Positions 61,882-64,000 of a stretch of DNA of 64,000 bases are shown here, piece after piece (positions within the stretch are counted from its first letter, which is position 1; each line of letters opens with the position of its first letter). This DNA comes from an uncultured Acidobacteriota bacterium. Lineage in GTDB: Bacteria > Acidobacteriota > UBA6911 > RPQK01 > JAPXNP01. The stretch covers positions 384,001-448,000 of the forward strand of contig CAVZRV010000029.1 of NCBI GenBank assembly GCA_963777605.1, given 5' to 3'. The translations under genes and the position numbers were made by a program. The notes beneath the pieces are model-generated. The model worked only from the letters and a program-made list of their open reading frames with translations. It had not been told where the DNA came from and did no database searches.

Positions 61882-61942
61882 TGCCTAAACCCCTTGATGA
61901 TCAACACTTAGTTGCAACGCCCTCGTCGGAAGTAGAGCTAGA

Positions 61943-61971
61943 ATCTTATTGTCTGTAGCGGTACTTGTCAA
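61943..61971 (-). promoter_or_regulatory. Sigma70-type promoter upstream of nuoJ
   Basis: TTGACA-N17-TAAGAT on the minus strand. Confidence 0.6.
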
Positions 61972-62076
61972 CTTGCACCAATTGGAATTTGCAGAACTTT
62001 CCGCAGAAATGGCGGTGCCAACTTGCGGGTTCCCAAGGCGGAGAAAATTGAGATAATCACGGGGAGAGTTAGTGCA

Positions 62077-62295
62077 ATGGCGGAAGATTTTGAGATCCAG
62101 TTGAATGGAGAAAACCGGAAGCTTGAGCGTCCCATCCCCGTGGACCGTTTCCTGGAGACACTGGGGATGAAAGAGGGCCGGGTGGCGGTGGAGTTAAATC
62201 GCCAGATTGTCAAACGAGAAGACTGGCCGACGACCCTGATTCAACCAGGTGACGTGGTTGAAGTTGTTCATTTTGTCGGCGGTGGGAGTTGGTAG
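62077..62295 (+). CDS. thiS: Sulfur carrier protein ThiS
   Basis: LNGE, VAVELN..IV and [12 protein letters not shown] motifs (followed by SW); adjacent to thiG. Confidence 0.9.
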   Translation: MAEDFEIQLNGENRKLERPIPVDRFLETLGMKEGRVAVELNRQIVKREDWPTTLIQPGDVVEVVHFVGGGSW

Positions 62296-62297
62296 CG

Positions 62298-63068
62298 ATG
62301 ACGGATACATTGAAGATTGCGGGCCGGGAGTTTGGATCGCGACTGTTTGTCGGAACCGGGAAGTACAGCTCATTTGAGGTTATGAAGCAGGCCCTCGAGG
62401 CGAGCGGGTCGGAGGTGGTGACCGTCGCCGTTCGCAGGGTAGACCTCAGTGACCGGGGAAGTGAATCGTTGTTCGGCAGCATCCCCGGTCACATGATGCT
62501 GTTGCCGAACACGGCCGGTTGCTACACCGCCGACGATGCCATTCGGTATGCCAGGCTGGGACGGGAGGCCGGTCTTTCCGAGTTCGTGAAACTGGAAGTA
62601 ATCGGAGACGAGAAGACGCTCTTTCCGGACAACGAAGAACTGCTCCGGGCGACCAGGGAACTGGTCAAGGACGGTTTCATAGTTCTTCCATACACAAACG
62701 ACGATCCCGTAATGTGCAAGAAACTGGAGGATGCCGGCGCTGCCGCGGTGATGCCACTGGGGGCGCCGATCGGTTCCGGGTTGGGCATCCAGAACCAGAA
62801 CAACATCCGGATCATCGTTGAACAGGCGTCGGTTCCCGTGATCGTCGATGCTGGCGTGGGCACGGCTTCGGATGCGGCTCTCGCAATGGAGTTGGGTGTT
62901 GACGGCGTTTTGATGAATACGGGCATTGCCGGGGCCCAGGACCCGGTCGCCATGGCCGAGGCCATGCGTCACGCTGTGATAGCGGGTCGCCTGGCATTTA
63001 AGGCGGGACGAATCGCCCGCAAGCTTTACGCGACGGCCAGCAGCCCCCTGGAAGGCGTACTGACTTGA
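62298..63068 (+). CDS. thiG: Thiazole synthase
   Basis: [32 protein letters not shown] and DAGVG motifs. Confidence 0.96.
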   Translation: MTDTLKIAGREFGSRLFVGTGKYSSFEVMKQALEASGSEVVTVAVRRVDLSDRGSESLFGSIPGHMMLLPNTAGCYTADDAIRYARLGREAGLSEFVKLEVIGDEKTLFPDNEELLRATRELVKDGFIVLPYTNDDPVMCKKLEDAGAAAVMPLGAPIGSGLGIQNQNNIRIIVEQASVPVIVDAGVGTASDAALAMELGVDGVLMNTGIAGAQDPVAMAEAMRHAVIAGRLAFKAGRIARKLYATASSPLEGVLT

Positions 63069-63089
63069 AACGTCATCCTGAGATTTCGA

Positions 63090-63177
63090 ATTGAAACCAA
63101 AGGTGCGAAGGTCGCCAAGCGTATTTCTTAGTGCAAAGAAAAGAGAACTTTGCGCCTTGGCGCCTTTGCGGTTCAAT
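63090..63177. repeat. Imperfect inverted repeat (REP-like element) between thiG and aroB
   Basis: Left arm ATTGAAACCAAAGGTGCGAAGGTCGCCAAG vs reverse complement of right arm ATTGAACCGCAAAGGCGCCAAGGCGCAAAG. Confidence 0.6.
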
Positions 63178-63267
63178 ACACCCGTGGCAAGAATCACCCT
63201 TCGATTGATCCGCGGAGGTTGCGGGGGCGCGGCTTAGTTCGGCTGAACCGGGAGAAGGCGGGAGCAA

Positions 63268-64000
63268 ATGAAGACGGTAGATGTCAATTTGGGCGAACGA
63301 GGATACAAGATCCTGATCTCCGAGGGGCAACTCGAGAAAGCGGGCCAGGCCTTTGCAGATGCGGGAATTTCCGGCCGTGTTTTCATTGTCGCGAATCCCC
63401 AGGTGGTCGACCTCTACGGAGTTGCGTTGACCGAGTCTCTCGTCGGGCAGGGCCTTGAGGTGGTGAACCTGATGATCCCCGACGGAGAGCCGAGCAAGAA
63501 CCTCCACACCGTCGAGAACATATACACCTATCTGATCGCCCAGCGGGCCGATCGGCAGAGCACGTTGATCGCACTCGGTGGCGGCGTTACCGGAGATGTG
63601 GTCGGATTCGTTGCTGCGACATTTCTAAGGGGCATTCGGTACGTGCAGGTGCCGACCACGCTTCTTGCCCAGGTGGACAGTTCAGTCGGGGGAAAGACCG
63701 GCGTCAACCATCGCCTCGGGAAGAACCTGATCGGTGCGTTCTACCAGCCTCACCTGGTCTGCATCGACACCCGGACGCTTGCATCCCTGCCGCCTCGGGA
63801 ATTCCGGGCGGGAATCTTTGAAATCATTAAGTACGGGCTGATTTACGATGCGGCCTTTTTCGACTACCTGGAGACGAACCTCGATGCCCTGATTGCCCGC
63901 GAAAGCGGTGTCCTGGAAACCGTCATCGGCCGGTGTTGTGAGATCAAGGCCGAAGTCATCTCGATCGATGAGAAAGAGTCCAACCTGCGTCGCATCCTGA
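63268..64000 (+). CDS. aroB: 3-dehydroquinate synthase (3' truncated by window end)
   Basis: Hand translation from ATG 63268: DGEPSK, ALGGGVTGD, RGI.YVQVPTTLLAQVDSSVGGKTGVN, KNLIGAFYQP. Absent from the ORF track because there is no stop in the window. Confidence 0.95.
   Translation, partial: MKTVDVNLGERGYKILISEGQLEKAGQAFADAGISGRVFIVANPQVVDLYGVALTESLVGQGLEVVNLMIPDGEPSKNLHTVENIYTYLIAQRADRQSTLIALGGGVTGDVVGFVAATFLRGIRYVQVPTTLLAQVDSSVGGKTGVNHRLGKNLIGAFYQPHLVCIDTRTLASLPPREFRAGIFEIIKYGLIYDAAFFDYLETNLDALIARESGVLETVIGRCCEIKAEVISIDEKESNLRRIL

Noticed and set aside
61893-61905. FNR-like site TTGAT-G-ATCAA upstream of nuoJ
   Set aside because: The spacer is 1 nt rather than the required 4.
1-64000. Selenoprotein (in-frame UGA) suggested by selB
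   Set aside because: The redox motifs I checked (DsbD, sulfatase, carbonic anhydrase) use Cys, and no gene looked truncated at a UGA aligned to a Cys position. Checked by eye only.

Overview
This is a gene-dense, GC-rich (roughly 60% by eye) bacterial chromosomal window, most consistent with Acidobacteriota. That assignment is an inference from an acidobacterial-type VWA protein, an Oar-like barrel and typical conserved hypotheticals. About 59 CDS are supportable. The left third carries accessory metabolism: TauE, an exported class-V PLP enzyme, a VanX-type dipeptidase, hydrolases, ctaA, rpiA, hemH, sulfatase, a CDF transporter, carbonic anhydrase and a GH2. Next come an envelope cluster (Spy-like protein, a LolA-like/beta-barrel fusion, a VWA protein, divergent dsbD) and core genes: selB, ffh-rpsP-khpA-rimM-trmD-rplS, argS, larC-metG-tatD, ispB, PBP1A, nuoJKLMN-greA, thiS-thiG and a partial aroB. 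I found no rRNA, tRNA, CRISPR array, transposase or prophage. The best novelty candidates are (1) a three-gene envelope module whose outer-membrane barrel appears to carry a LolA/RseB-like N-terminal domain, hidden by a frameshift; (2) an interleaved dsbD/ftsB/cutA/marR arrangement in which 15 bp appear to act as both a leaderless promoter and an RBS; (3) an all-exported PLP-enzyme/D,D-dipeptidase/hydrolase cluster; and (4) an orphan PD-(D/E)XK nuclease-like protein. Several single-base indels in short homopolymers suggest assembly errors. All protein calls come from motif recognition, not database searches.
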